Shown: positions 10,230 through 20,972, counted from the first letter of the whole stretch. The stretch: DNA of 62,865 nucleotides, filler included, from 5 parts of 5 records of this genome joined end to end with filler, not necessarily neighbours in it, one strand, 5' to 3'. Program-made: numbers and translations. The notes: generated from the letters alone by a model not told the origin.

Positions 10230-12092
10230 ATGAATAATTTCTCGAACCGAATATATGTAATTGGTGGAATCTTTATTCTCGTTGTTCTAATATTTGTAAT
10301 TAAACTTTTTAATCTTCAGATTGTTGATGATTCCTATAAATTATCTGCGGAAAACAATTCTCAACGACAAATAACACAGTTCCCTGCGCGTGGTTTAATT
10401 TACGATAGGAATGGAAAATTACTTGTATACAATCAAGCAGTATACGATGTAATGATAATTCCTCGTCAAGTAAAAGCTTTTGACACTTTGGATTTTTGCA
10501 ATCTGCTGGAAATTGAAAAAACTGATGTTGATAAAAAAATAAAAAAAGCAAAAAGATATTCTTACCGTAAGGCTTCTATTTTCTTGAAGCAGTTATCATC
10601 GGAAAAATATGCTGTTTTACAGGAGAGGTTATATAAATTTCCAGGTTTCTTTGTTCAGCCCAGAACATTAAGAAAATATCCTCGACAGAGTGCAGCCCAT
10701 GCATTAGGTTATCTTAACGAGGTTAACAACAAAGAAATGCGTTCCGATGATTACTATAGCCAGGGTGATTATATTGGCAAAAGTGGGATTGAACTGACTT
10801 ATGAGAAAGATTTGCGAGGTGAAAAAGGAAAAAAGATTTTTTGGGTTGATGTATACAATCGAATAAAAGGTTCGTATCGTGATGGAAAATTTGATAAAAA
10901 ACCTGTTTCGGGTAAAGATATATACTCTTCAATTGATATCGATTTGCAGGAGTATGGTGAATTGTTGATGCAAAATAAAAAAGGTGGTATTGTAGCAATT
11001 GAACCAGGATCTGGAGAAATATTAGCAAAATTATCCAGTCCGGGTTATGATCCGGAAATGTTGGTTGGACGAGTAATGAGTAAAAACTATAGAGCACTTG
11101 TTCAGAACGATTCATTAAAGCCTTTGTTTGATAGATCTATGATGGCTCAGTATCCTCCGGGGTCAATCTTTAAAATGATTAATGCTTTAATTGGATTACA
11201 AGAAAAAGTAATTAGTCCTTTTACTCGTTTCGAATGCAATATGGGATACTATTATGGAAGCCGAAAAATGGGTTGTCACCATCATGTTTCTCCGCTTGAT
11301 ATGAGACATTCAATCATGCATTCATGTAATGCTTATTATGCTAATACATTTCGATATATTTTAGAATCACCTAAATTCGGATCTGTAAATAAAGGATTTG
11401 AAACCTGGAGAAATCATGTAACTTCATTTGGCTTGGGAAATCGACTCCATAGTGATTTACCACATGAGTTATCAGGCTCTATTCCAACTCTAAAATATTA
11501 TCAGAGAGTATATAAAAGAACAAATCTAAAAGCCTTAAATATGATTTCTCTCTCAATTGGTCAGGGAGAACTATTAATTACGCCATTGCAAATGGCAAAT
11601 ATGACCGCTGCAATTGCCAATAAAGGCTTTTATTATACGCCACATATAGTAAAAGCAATAGGAGAGGATAAGACGGTTGACAAAAGGTTTCGTGTAAAGA
11701 ATCAAACTAGCATCGATTCTAATTATTTTGAGCCTATAATTGATGGAATGGAAATGGTTATAACAGGTGGTGAAGGTAGAACTGGGGATTTAGCAGCTAT
11801 TCCTGGGATAAGAGTCTGTGGAAAAACAGGTACAGTGCAAAATCCACATGGCGATGATCACTCGGTATTTGTAGCCTTTGCTCCTAGAGAAAATCCTAAA
11901 ATTGCCATGGTGGTTTATGTTGAAAGTGGAGTGTGGGGATCACGATATGGAGCACCAATTGCAGGTTTGATGATTGAAAAATATCTGAAAGGAGAAATTT
12001 CAGGAAGTAAGAAATGGATTGAAAAAAGAATGCTGGAAGCTGATTTGATTGGTGAACAGAAGAAAAAAGAAGTTTTAGCCCAAAAGCACTAA
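10230..12092 (+). CDS. mrdA: Penicillin-binding protein 2
   Basis: ARGLIYDRNG, SxxK (GSIFK), SxN (SCN) and KTG (GKTGTVQ). Confidence 0.96.
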   Translation: MNNFSNRIYVIGGIFILVVLIFVIKLFNLQIVDDSYKLSAENNSQRQITQFPARGLIYDRNGKLLVYNQAVYDVMIIPRQVKAFDTLDFCNLLEIEKTDVDKKIKKAKRYSYRKASIFLKQLSSEKYAVLQERLYKFPGFFVQPRTLRKYPRQSAAHALGYLNEVNNKEMRSDDYYSQGDYIGKSGIELTYEKDLRGEKGKKIFWVDVYNRIKGSYRDGKFDKKPVSGKDIYSSIDIDLQEYGELLMQNKKGGIVAIEPGSGEILAKLSSPGYDPEMLVGRVMSKNYRALVQNDSLKPLFDRSMMAQYPPGSIFKMINALIGLQEKVISPFTRFECNMGYYYGSRKMGCHHHVSPLDMRHSIMHSCNAYYANTFRYILESPKFGSVNKGFETWRNHVTSFGLGNRLHSDLPHELSGSIPTLKYYQRVYKRTNLKALNMISLSIGQGELLITPLQMANMTAAIANKGFYYTPHIVKAIGEDKTVDKRFRVKNQTSIDSNYFEPIIDGMEMVITGGEGRTGDLAAIPGIRVCGKTGTVQNPHGDDHSVFVAFAPRENPKIAMVVYVESGVWGSRYGAPIAGLMIEKYLKGEISGSKKWIEKRMLEADLIGEQKKKEVLAQKH

Positions 12093-12096
12093 AATA

Positions 12097-13521
12097 ATGA
12101 CCAGAAGAGTAAGCTTGATAAAGAATTTAGATTGGTGGACAATTGCCTTGTATGCATTGCTGGTTTTTCTGGGATGGATTAATATTTATGCTGCGGTTTA
12201 CAACGAAGAACATCAAAGTATTTTTGATATTTCTCAAAGATATGGTAAGCAGTTAATGTGGATCGGTGCAGCCTCAATTCTTGCAATAATAATATTAATA
12301 ATAGAGAGTAAATTTTATTCGGCTTTTGCTTACCCCACTTATTTGTTCATGATATTCCTCTTGATTGCAGTACTTGTGTTAGGACGGGATGTAAAAGGAG
12401 CAAGATCGTGGTTTGAGTTAGGACCGATTCGCTTTCAACCTGCCGAATTTGCAAAGTTTGCTACCTGTTTGGCAATCTCGAGATATGTAACACAGTACAA
12501 TTTTAAGATTCATAAAATAAAATCTCTTTTCATTTCTGGAGTGATATTATTCACGCCAACAGCATTAATTATTCTTCAAGGTGATGCAGGATCAGCATTG
12601 GTTTATACAGTATTTGTGTTGGTGTTATATCGCGAAGGATTATCTGGAATTGTTTTATTTCTTGGATTATTGGCGGCTCTGTTGTTTATTTTTACTCTAC
12701 TGTGGGCTAAGTTTACGGTTTTATTGATAATTGTAATTGGAAGTATCATTATTGCTAAATTTTCAGGGGTAAATTGGAAAACAATAGGAAAAGCTATTCT
12801 GATGCTAGGATCGAGTTTCGGTATTGTATGGTTAGCTTTTAAAGGTTTTAAAATTGAAATATCGCTTTATGTAATTTTGATTATTTCGCTTTGTCTAAAT
12901 CTAATACCATTCCTAATCCACACATATAAAAACAAGTTGAAGAGTGCCGGGTGGATTATTTTAATTGTTTTTGGAAGTATTTTCTACACCTTCTCGGTAG
13001 GATATATTTTCGATAATATTTTGGAAGCGCATCAACAAACCAGGATCAATGAATTGTTGGGAATCGAGTCCGATCCATATGGTGCAGGTTATAATGTTGC
13101 TCAATCGAAAATTGCAATTGGTTCTGGGGGTTTTAGTGGAAAAGGTTTTTTAAACGGAACGCAAACGAAATTTAAGTTTGTACCAGAGCAAAGTACCGAC
13201 TTTATCTTTTGTACAGTTGGTGAAGAGTGGGGATTTGTAGGATCTACAGTTGTATTATTACTCTTACTTACCTTAATTCTACGACTACTATTTATTGCTG
13301 AAAGACAAAGGTCATCATTTAGTCGTGTTTATGGTTACGGAGTCGCATGTATATTATTCTTTCACTTAGCAGTGAATGTGGGAATGACAATTGGCTTGGC
13401 TCCTGTTATTGGAATTCCACTGCCTTTTTTTAGCTATGGAGGATCTTCTCTTTGGTCTTTTACAATTTTGTTATTTATTTTTCTTCGTTTAGATGCCAAC
13501 CGTTTGGAGTTGCTACGTTAA
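12097..13521 (+). CDS. rodA: SEDS peptidoglycan polymerase RodA
   Basis: GARSW, FQPAEFAK, PEQSTDFIF, EEWGF and GIPLPFFSYGGSS. Confidence 0.96.
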   Translation: MTRRVSLIKNLDWWTIALYALLVFLGWINIYAAVYNEEHQSIFDISQRYGKQLMWIGAASILAIIILIIESKFYSAFAYPTYLFMIFLLIAVLVLGRDVKGARSWFELGPIRFQPAEFAKFATCLAISRYVTQYNFKIHKIKSLFISGVILFTPTALIILQGDAGSALVYTVFVLVLYREGLSGIVLFLGLLAALLFIFTLLWAKFTVLLIIVIGSIIIAKFSGVNWKTIGKAILMLGSSFGIVWLAFKGFKIEISLYVILIISLCLNLIPFLIHTYKNKLKSAGWIILIVFGSIFYTFSVGYIFDNILEAHQQTRINELLGIESDPYGAGYNVAQSKIAIGSGGFSGKGFLNGTQTKFKFVPEQSTDFIFCTVGEEWGFVGSTVVLLLLLTLILRLLFIAERQRSSFSRVYGYGVACILFFHLAVNVGMTIGLAPVIGIPLPFFSYGGSSLWSFTILLFIFLRLDANRLELLR

Positions 13522-14098
13522 TTTGATGATCTTTGGTAACGAACGAGAGAATGTCTTTCATAAAGGCAGTAAATTCTTCATCAAACTCATTATAATTGCT
13601 TAGCAGGCATTTTATACCATATTCTGATTGATCAGGAAGGCTGGTTCTTCTTGCCATAATGTCTAATGCCGTTTTTAAGCCATCTATTTCTGCATAGGTC
13701 TCTAATCGGCGACTTTGAATTAAAAAAGGAAGGAACATTTTAACTTTAGCTGGAAGGACCAGGAAATTTTTAATAAGTGTTTCGTGGGTTTTTGTAACGA
13801 ACTCTTCAATCGGCTTTGTGTGATAGGTATTCCAGCCTTTAGCTAAAAAATGATCGTAAATTAAATCAATCACAACACCTGAATATTTTCCATATCCTTC
13901 TTTCAATTTTTTTGAACTTTCTAGAACTATAGAGTGCTTATCGGTAAAATAATCAATATTTCGATGTAGAATAATTCCTTTTTGTATTTCAGGTTGGTAG
14001 TCCTGATACTTTTTCCCTTTCACATAATCACCAATAAAGTTGCCAACTTTAATTTTTTCTGAATTACCTGATAAATATAAATGTGCTAAAAAATTCAT
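13475..14098 (-). CDS. acpH: Acyl carrier protein phosphodiesterase family (AcpH)
   Basis: MNFLAHLYLS, GNFIGDYVKG, LHRNIDYFTD and YDHFLA. Its 3' end overlaps rodA. Confidence 0.9.
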   Translation of the reverse strand: MNFLAHLYLSGNSEKIKVGNFIGDYVKGKKYQDYQPEIQKGIILHRNIDYFTDKHSIVLESSKKLKEGYGKYSGVVIDLIYDHFLAKGWNTYHTKPIEEFVTKTHETLIKNFLVLPAKVKMFLPFLIQSRRLETYAEIDGLKTALDIMARRTSLPDQSEYGIKCLLSNYNEFDEEFTAFMKDILSFVTKDHQINVATPNGWHLNEEK

Positions 14099-14364
14099 GC
14101 TGTTTATCTTTATTTCCGAAAGGTAGAAATAATTGGGAAAGTTAGTTTGTACAATTAAAAATGTATGCTTATTTAAGGTGTATTTTAAAGCAAACTTAAT
14201 AAGTTACTGTGTATTTTAACCAATGTCAAGTTTTTTAGCGCTGTTAAGCAACATTTTAAAAATCTTAAACTTAGCTCTGTTTAAATTAGCATAATAGCTA
14301 TAAAACTATAATTTTATAGAATCATTAACCGAATGTTGAATATTAAATTAAAGAAAGAGAGACT

Positions 14365-15717
14365 ATGGCTAAAAAAAATGTCATTATTGTTGGTGCAGCG
14401 GGTCGTGACTTTCACAACTTCAACACCTATTTCAGAGACAATTCAGAGTACAACGTAGTAGCATTTACTGCTGCTCAAATTCCAGACATCGATGGAAGAA
14501 AATATCCTGCGCAATTGGCAGGTTCTTTATATCCTGATGGAATTCCAATTTATGCTGAGGAGGACCTTACTAAATTGATTAAAGAGCACTGTATTGATGA
14601 TTGTGTCTTTTCTTACTCGGATGTGTCGTATAAGAAAGTAATGAATGTGAGCGCAATTGTAAATGCTGCTGGTTCCAACTTTAAGTTGTTAGGACCTGGG
14701 GATACAATGATAAAGAGCCATAAGCCAACTATTGCTGTTGTTGCAACAAGAACAGGATGTGGTAAATCTCAGACTTCGCGTAAGGTTATTGAGGAATTAA
14801 TGGATAAAGGATTAAAAGTGATTGCTATTCGTCATCCAATGCCTTATGGTGATTTGGTAGCTCAAAGGGTTCAGCGCTTTGCAACTGTTGAAGATTTGAA
14901 GAAACACAACTGTACAGTTGAGGAAATGGAAGAATACGAGCCTCATGTATCACGTGGAAATGTTATTTATGCAGGTGTAGACTATGAAGCAATTGTACGT
15001 GCTGCTGAAGAAGATCCTGATGGTTGTGATGTTATTTTATGGGATGGTGGAAACAATGATTTTTCGTTCTATAAACCAGATTTGACAATTACAGTTGCTG
15101 ATCCTCATCGTCCTGGAGCAGAATTAAATTATTACCCAGGTGAAGTTAACTTGCGTATGGCTGATGTAGTTGTAATTAATAAAATGGATTCGGCAGATCC
15201 TGAAGGGATTCAGATAGTACGTGAAAGTATTGCAATGGCAAATCCAAAAGCTAAGGTTATAGATGGTGCTTCTCCAATTAGTGTTGACGATCCTGAAATG
15301 ATTCGTGGCAAACGAGTTCTTATTGTGGAAGATGGTCCAACTCTTACTCATGGTGAGATGAAGATTGGTGCTGGAACAATTGCAGCTCGTAAATTTGGTG
15401 CTGCTGAAGAGATTGATGCACGTCCATATTTGGTGGGTAAGCTAAAAGAGACTTACGAAATATATCCAAATATTGGTAACATACTTCCAGCAATGGGATA
15501 TTCAGATCAACAATTGAAGGATCTGGAAACCACTATCAACTCAAGCGATTGTGATACGGTTATTATTGGTACTCCTATCGATTTGAATAGAATTATAAAT
15601 ATTAAGAAGCCAAATACGAGAGTATATTATGATTTGGAAGAGATTGGATATCCGAAAATGTCGCATATCATTAATCAATTTGTGAAAGATCATCAATTAG
15701 AAGAGCAAACTGTTTAG
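14365..15717 (+). CDS. COG2403 P-loop enzyme (cyclic 2,3-diphosphoglycerate synthetase-like; probable arginine synthetase ArcE)
   Basis: GAAGRDFHNFN, P-loop RTGCGKSQ, RHPMPYG, LWDGGNND and EDGPTLTHG. Confidence 0.8.
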   Translation: MAKKNVIIVGAAGRDFHNFNTYFRDNSEYNVVAFTAAQIPDIDGRKYPAQLAGSLYPDGIPIYAEEDLTKLIKEHCIDDCVFSYSDVSYKKVMNVSAIVNAAGSNFKLLGPGDTMIKSHKPTIAVVATRTGCGKSQTSRKVIEELMDKGLKVIAIRHPMPYGDLVAQRVQRFATVEDLKKHNCTVEEMEEYEPHVSRGNVIYAGVDYEAIVRAAEEDPDGCDVILWDGGNNDFSFYKPDLTITVADPHRPGAELNYYPGEVNLRMADVVVINKMDSADPEGIQIVRESIAMANPKAKVIDGASPISVDDPEMIRGKRVLIVEDGPTLTHGEMKIGAGTIAARKFGAAEEIDARPYLVGKLKETYEIYPNIGNILPAMGYSDQQLKDLETTINSSDCDTVIIGTPIDLNRIINIKKPNTRVYYDLEEIGYPKMSHIINQFVKDHQLEEQTV

Positions 15718-15743
15718 TAATTAAAAATTTGTATAGGTGAAAT

Positions 15744-15782
15744 AAAGGAGTAGATAGTTAATCTACTCCTTTCCTTGTTTTT
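15744..15782 (+). terminator. Intrinsic terminator
   Basis: AAAGGAGTAGAT-agtta-ATCTACTCCTTT followed by a T-rich tail. Confidence 0.8.
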
Positions 15783-15946
15783 AGAATCTTTTAATTTTTA
15801 ATTAAATTCAGAAATACATGTTGTAAAAAAGATTTTTAGACGCATAACCTTTTTTAAAATTTGGAGTATAAAACACTTTGCACGATTGTAGTAAATGTGA
15901 TATGCAAAAGGACTGATTACTAAAAACCCCTGACTACGTTTTACTT

Positions 15947-18448
15947 ATGGATGACTCTATTTTTCTTGGTTTAATCCGGAATACCGCGATTCTCTTATGT
16001 TTTAGCATTTTATATGAATATTTTTGGCTTGGGAAACTCAATATTAAAAGTTATCGAAGACAATTTTTTTGCGGAATAATAATAGGAGTTATTGGAATAG
16101 TGCTAATGATGTCAGGATGGAAGGCTTCCTCAGGAATGACATTTGATACTCGCTCTGTAATCCTTTCAATTTCAGGTTTATTTTTTGGGGCTATACCCAC
16201 TGTAATTGCAATGGTAATTACAGGATTTTATCGCTTTTCTTTAGGAGGCGATGGCGTTTATATGGGAATTGCGGTTATAATCAGTTCTGGAGCTATAGGT
16301 ATATTTTGGAAATCAATTCTCCCTAAAATTGATACTCAATTAAAGTGGTTAGAATTATTATTGATGGGATTCACTGTTCATGCAGCCATGTTGTTATGTA
16401 CCTTATTCTTACCTGAAGAGAAAATCTTTGATACAATTTCCTACTTAATTCTTCCAATTTTAACTATTTATCCAATTTCGAATATGTTGCTTGGTCTTTT
16501 TATGAATAGGCAAATGGAAAACTCGAATTTTCGAATAGCACTTACGAATAGCGAGGAGAAATACAGTAGGTTATATGAAAGTATGACTGATGCTTTTCTG
16601 GTAATGGATTTAGATCATAATTTACTTGAGTGCAATACTGCCCTGCAGCAATTGTTAGGGTATGAGGAAGAAGAATTACTAAGTGTAAATTGTAAAAAAC
16701 TAACTCCCGAAAAATGGCTTGGTGAAGATGATCGAATAATTAGGGAAGAGGTGTTGCTAAATGGGAGTTCAGGAGTTTATGAAAAGGAATGTTTGGCAAA
16801 AGATGGAAGAATTATTCCAGTAGAATTGCGAATTGATTTGTTAAAGGATGAATTTGGTGAGCCGAAAGCATTGTGGGCAATAGTAAGAGATATAAGTGTA
16901 AGAAAAGAGAACCTAAGGTTAATTGAAAGAGAGAAAAGTAGGCTGAAAATTTTACTGGAAACTGTTCCAGAAATGATATGGCTAAAAGATAGGCAAGGGG
17001 TTTATTTGGAATGCAATAATAATTTTGCTGATTTTAATGGGGTTAAGAAATCAAACTTGATTGGTAAGACTGATTTTTTCATGTATGAGGATGATATAGC
17101 CAGGTTTTATATTAAAAAAGATGAAGAAGTACTTGCCATAAATGATACGGTTCGTTTTGTTAGTTTGGCAAAATCTGCGAAAACAGAGAAGGAAATTTTA
17201 ACAGAAACCATTAAAACCCCAATGTACGATTCCGAAGGAAATACAATCGGAGTTCTGGGGGTTTCTAGAGATATTTCAGAGATAAAGAAAGCTGAGTCAG
17301 ACTTGATGAAGGCGAAGGAAAAAGCTGAGGAGAGTGATAAATTAAAATCAATCTTTTTAGCGAATATGAGTCATGAGATTAGAACACCTATGAATGCCAT
17401 TATGGGCTTTTCGGAATTATTAGTAGATTCGGATATTGATGATGTGGAAAGATCGCAATATGTAAATATCATTCAACATTCAGGCAGTAGATTGCTTCAG
17501 ATTATTGATGACATTGTTGATTTGTCTAAACTTGAAATGAACCAGGTTGCAATTAAGAAACAGGATTTAAACCTGTTTGAATTGATGAGAAGTAGTGTGG
17601 AAGCATTGCAGCGAAATGAGCTGTTACAAGCCAAACCTGGCTTAGATTTGGTTCTGAATTATCCGAAGGAACATGTAAATCTTGTTTTAAATACCGATGA
17701 AAATCGTTTCAGTCAAATTCTCGATAACTTGATTAATAATTCGATTAAATTTTCTGAATCGGGAAAAATTGAAGTTGGATTTAAATTGGTTGAGGTAGCG
17801 CAAAAATCTTTTGTTGAAATTTACGTTAAAGATGAAGGAATGGGCATAGCCAAAGACAAACATGGTGTTATTTTTGAACGATTCAGACAGGGAGATGAGG
17901 AGCAATTTAACGATGGAACAGGTTTGGGCTTAAGTATCTGTAAGGGATTGGTAGAATTATTGGAAGGTGACATACATTTTGAATCAGAGCTTGGTGAAGG
18001 CAGTACTTTCTATTTCACAATTCCTGCAAAATGTAATGGGAAAACTAAAACATTTAGTAGTGAAAAAAGCGCTTGTTGTGAAGATTTAGGAAGAAAGAAA
18101 ATTTTAATTGCTGAGAGTGATTACAATTCATACTTGTATGTGAAGAAACTATTCGAAGAGGAGAATGTTGAAATATCACATGCTGATAATGGTACGCAAA
18201 TGTTACAGGTTGCCAAGGAGATTGCACCAGATATCATTCTTGTTGATATCAATATGCCAGGGGAAGATTGCATACAATGTCTTGATGAATTGAAGCAAAC
18301 TGATGTAACTTCAAAAATTATTGCTCAAACTGCGAATGTAGTGAAAGGGGAAGAGGAAAAATGTATTGAGGCTGGTTGCCACGGATACATTACCAAACCA
18401 TTTAGCAAGGAAGAGCTTTTTTCTGAAGTTAGAAAAGTTTTGGTTTAA
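15947..18448 (+). CDS. Hybrid sensor histidine kinase (5TM-LytS input, 2 PAS, HisKA, HATPase, REC)
   Basis: FDTRSVILSISGLFFG (5TM-5TMR_LYT), two PAS/PAC segments, [22 protein letters not shown] and a C-terminal receiver. Confidence 0.92.
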   Translation: MDDSIFLGLIRNTAILLCFSILYEYFWLGKLNIKSYRRQFFCGIIIGVIGIVLMMSGWKASSGMTFDTRSVILSISGLFFGAIPTVIAMVITGFYRFSLGGDGVYMGIAVIISSGAIGIFWKSILPKIDTQLKWLELLLMGFTVHAAMLLCTLFLPEEKIFDTISYLILPILTIYPISNMLLGLFMNRQMENSNFRIALTNSEEKYSRLYESMTDAFLVMDLDHNLLECNTALQQLLGYEEEELLSVNCKKLTPEKWLGEDDRIIREEVLLNGSSGVYEKECLAKDGRIIPVELRIDLLKDEFGEPKALWAIVRDISVRKENLRLIEREKSRLKILLETVPEMIWLKDRQGVYLECNNNFADFNGVKKSNLIGKTDFFMYEDDIARFYIKKDEEVLAINDTVRFVSLAKSAKTEKEILTETIKTPMYDSEGNTIGVLGVSRDISEIKKAESDLMKAKEKAEESDKLKSIFLANMSHEIRTPMNAIMGFSELLVDSDIDDVERSQYVNIIQHSGSRLLQIIDDIVDLSKLEMNQVAIKKQDLNLFELMRSSVEALQRNELLQAKPGLDLVLNYPKEHVNLVLNTDENRFSQILDNLINNSIKFSESGKIEVGFKLVEVAQKSFVEIYVKDEGMGIAKDKHGVIFERFRQGDEEQFNDGTGLGLSICKGLVELLEGDIHFESELGEGSTFYFTIPAKCNGKTKTFSSEKSACCEDLGRKKILIAESDYNSYLYVKKLFEEENVEISHADNGTQMLQVAKEIAPDIILVDINMPGEDCIQCLDELKQTDVTSKIIAQTANVVKGEEEKCIEAGCHGYITKPFSKEELFSEVRKVLV

Positions 18449-19353
18449 TGAGTATTCCTCATTGTTTTTATATCATTAAATGTAATGATAAGAATGCCGA
18501 GAATTGTTAAGAATCCACCTATCAACTGATTTGAATTGGGTAAAATATTCATGAATAAGTATGCACCGCCAATTATAAATATACTGCGCGAGGTCCCAAT
18601 TAATGTGGTTATCGAGGCATCCACATATTTTAGCGAAGCAAAGGTGAGCACAATCCCCATAAAAGGACCAAAAAAAGATCCAAGTCCAACATACATTATC
18701 GATTTACTTGTGTAGTGTGGCATTTCCATTAAAAATATTGCATAAAGGATAAAGCCAATAAACAGAAAAAGATTACGGCTTACCGTGATCATTGCTGCAG
18801 GAATATTATTAATTTCCGATCTTGCCAAAACCAGGCTAACACCATAAAAAATAGCAAAAATTAATGCTGATATGCTTGCTGTGCTTGTAAGCGCTTGCCA
18901 ATCGAATCCTCCATTGTTAAAATTGATAAGACCAACTCCTGTAAAGGTGATTAGTATTCCTACTATAGCTAAAGGTCGATATCTGATTCCTAAAAAAAAG
19001 AAACTAATTAGAATCACAAATATGGGTGATGTATTTGCCAGAAAGGATACTATTGCTGGATTTTCGGTCAATTGAATGGAAAGGAAAAATGCAAAAATCG
19101 AAATGACTTCGGAGCATCCAATAAGTAATAAAATACTTTTTGATTTTTTAGGTAGCGAAGAGAGTTTTTTACGTTCTGTAAAGAAGTAGTAGTACAAGTA
19201 ATTGTACAAAAGAGCCAATCCAAACCATAATATTCCGAAAGATGCCAGACTGATATCTTCCATGGCAAGTTTGCTAAATATATACACATTTGAGAAACTT
19301 ATAGTGGCTAAAAGTGCCAAAATATTTCCTTTAAATTTCCCTATTTTTCCCAT
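18445..19353 (-). CDS. DMT/EamA family transporter
   Basis: About 10 TM segments in two repeats; ANTSPIFVILISFFFL. Confidence 0.88.
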   Translation of the reverse strand: MGKIGKFKGNILALLATISFSNVYIFSKLAMEDISLASFGILWFGLALLYNYLYYYFFTERKKLSSLPKKSKSILLLIGCSEVISIFAFFLSIQLTENPAIVSFLANTSPIFVILISFFFLGIRYRPLAIVGILITFTGVGLINFNNGGFDWQALTSTASISALIFAIFYGVSLVLARSEINNIPAAMITVSRNLFLFIGFILYAIFLMEMPHYTSKSIMYVGLGSFFGPFMGIVLTFASLKYVDASITTLIGTSRSIFIIGGAYLFMNILPNSNQLIGGFLTILGILIITFNDIKTMRNTH

Positions 19354-19458
19354 TGCTACTTATAGTGATTTGTTCCGACAAAATTGGATTTAATATTCGA
19401 GACTAACAATACCAGTTGTGAATGTGTAAGATCAATGAAATATTAAGGGAATTGATTT

Positions 19459-19842
19459 AGGGAATGCGAATCTTGCTCCAGATTTTCAATTACTTGATAA
19501 AGGGAACAGATTTCATAAAAAAGGGAATAGAATATTAGATGTTTACACTAATAAAGTTGTAAATTGTAGAGAGAAAGTAATTAATTGTTAAAGAATAATA
19601 ATCAATAATTATAAAGTAATAATTAATTATTTAAAAGAAATATTAGATCTGCAGTAAGAAGTTATAATTTGATGATATGAAGTAAGTGATCGGAGAACTG
19701 AAATTCTTATAAGGAATGCTGTAATCCGAAAAGGGAATAAAAATTTAGGCAGAAGGAATTGAGCAATATAAAAAGGGAGAAAAGATAGCGAAGGAAGGTG
19801 TTGGGTAAAAAATAAAGTGAAATCGCAAGTGCTTTAAGGGAA
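19459..19842. repeat. Degenerate 21-bp-periodic purine-skewed tract
   Basis: AGGGAA-like anchors at 19459, 19501, 19522, 19711, 19732, 19753, 19774, 19795, 19816 and 19837, all in one 21-bp register. Confidence 0.7.
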
Positions 19843-19879
19843 AGTATAAATTGACTTATTAATTTGAAAAACAATCCTT

Positions 19880-20563
19880 ATGAAGAAGAAGTCATATAGT
19901 AAATTTCGTTTAGAGGAGTTACCGGTAGTGGCAGATCTTCTTTTGTATTATTTAGATAGAGATAGGAGCGCTTTTTTAGGTTTTTCGAATAAGTTTGATG
20001 ACAGTTTTTCCGACCAGATTAGAATACAAATTCTTACTGTACGCAGTTTAATTCCTGCAAGAGTTATTACATCCGAAAAAGTAAAAGTTACGGAAGATTT
20101 GTATCAAAAAATGGATGTTGTAGACAAGAAATTAAATTTTGTACAGGCTTATGCCGATTTGGCAAATGAGACAATGGATATAAACTCCAAAGATTTTGGA
20201 ATAAGAAAATGTAAGCAGCAATTAAAGGCTCGAAATGTGGAAGGAGCATTAAGCAAATTGAATATGGTAGAGCAGAATATCGATGGTAATTTAATAGCTC
20301 TACAAGCTAAAGGGTTCAAAAATGATCTGTTAAAAGAGATAGTAGAATTGCATACAGATATTGCTGAATTAAATTTACTGCAGGAACAAAAAAATATGGA
20401 AAGAAAAGAGTTGGTTGACAAGAATCATAAGGAATATGAAAAGCTTTGGAATTGTATTACTGAGATATCGAGAATGGGGAAATTACTAATGAGAGATGAT
20501 CAATTAATAATGAATGATTATAAATTATGCGAGTTAATTAAGCATGTTCGAAAATCCCGATAA
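19880..20563 (+). CDS. Hypothetical all-alpha-helical protein
   Basis: 227-aa ORF with amphipathic helical/coiled-coil pattern and no recognisable catalytic motif. Confidence 0.8.
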   Translation: MKKKSYSKFRLEELPVVADLLLYYLDRDRSAFLGFSNKFDDSFSDQIRIQILTVRSLIPARVITSEKVKVTEDLYQKMDVVDKKLNFVQAYADLANETMDINSKDFGIRKCKQQLKARNVEGALSKLNMVEQNIDGNLIALQAKGFKNDLLKEIVELHTDIAELNLLQEQKNMERKELVDKNHKEYEKLWNCITEISRMGKLLMRDDQLIMNDYKLCELIKHVRKSR

Positions 20564-20666
20564 AGGAGTTGATTGAATTATTTAGCACTATTATTTAGTG
20601 CGGCAATTCACCTTTTTATCAAATCACAATTCACACTTCGGAATATTATTAATACATTCGTCTATT

Positions 20667-20972
20667 ATGGAACTAAATTTACTGTTTGCTGCATTGGCAA
20701 CTTTAGTACTTAATTTGCCATTTGGCTACATTAGACAAGGGTACAAGAAATTTTCGGTAATGTGGTTTGTGTCTATTCATGCTCCAATACCGTTTGTGGT
20801 TTTATTCAGACATTTGTTCGAGGTGGGATTTGCATTGTATACCTACCCAGTTATGGTGAGTGCGTTTTTTCTTGGGCAGTTGATTGGAAAAAAGTACCGA
20901 ATGCGCAAAATGGCGCAGAAAGAATTAAAAGAAGAAGTGATTCTAGAAGAAATAAAAAAAGACCAACAGTAA
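20667..20972 (+). CDS. Small hypothetical membrane protein
   Basis: LNLPFGYIRQ..KFSVMWFVSIHAPIPFV with about 3 TM segments. The ATG at 20667 is preferred over the track's start at 20598. Confidence 0.8.
   Translation: MELNLLFAALATLVLNLPFGYIRQGYKKFSVMWFVSIHAPIPFVVLFRHLFEVGFALYTYPVMVSAFFLGQLIGKKYRMRKMAQKELKEEVILEEIKKDQQ

Noticed and set aside
13475-13521. 47-bp convergent overlap of rodA and acpH as a special system
   Set aside because: Short tail-to-tail overlaps are common and both genes look intact.
19459-19842. CRISPR or mini-array call for the 21-bp periodic tract
   Set aside because: The conserved part is only about 6 bp and degenerate. It is reported as a periodic tract instead.
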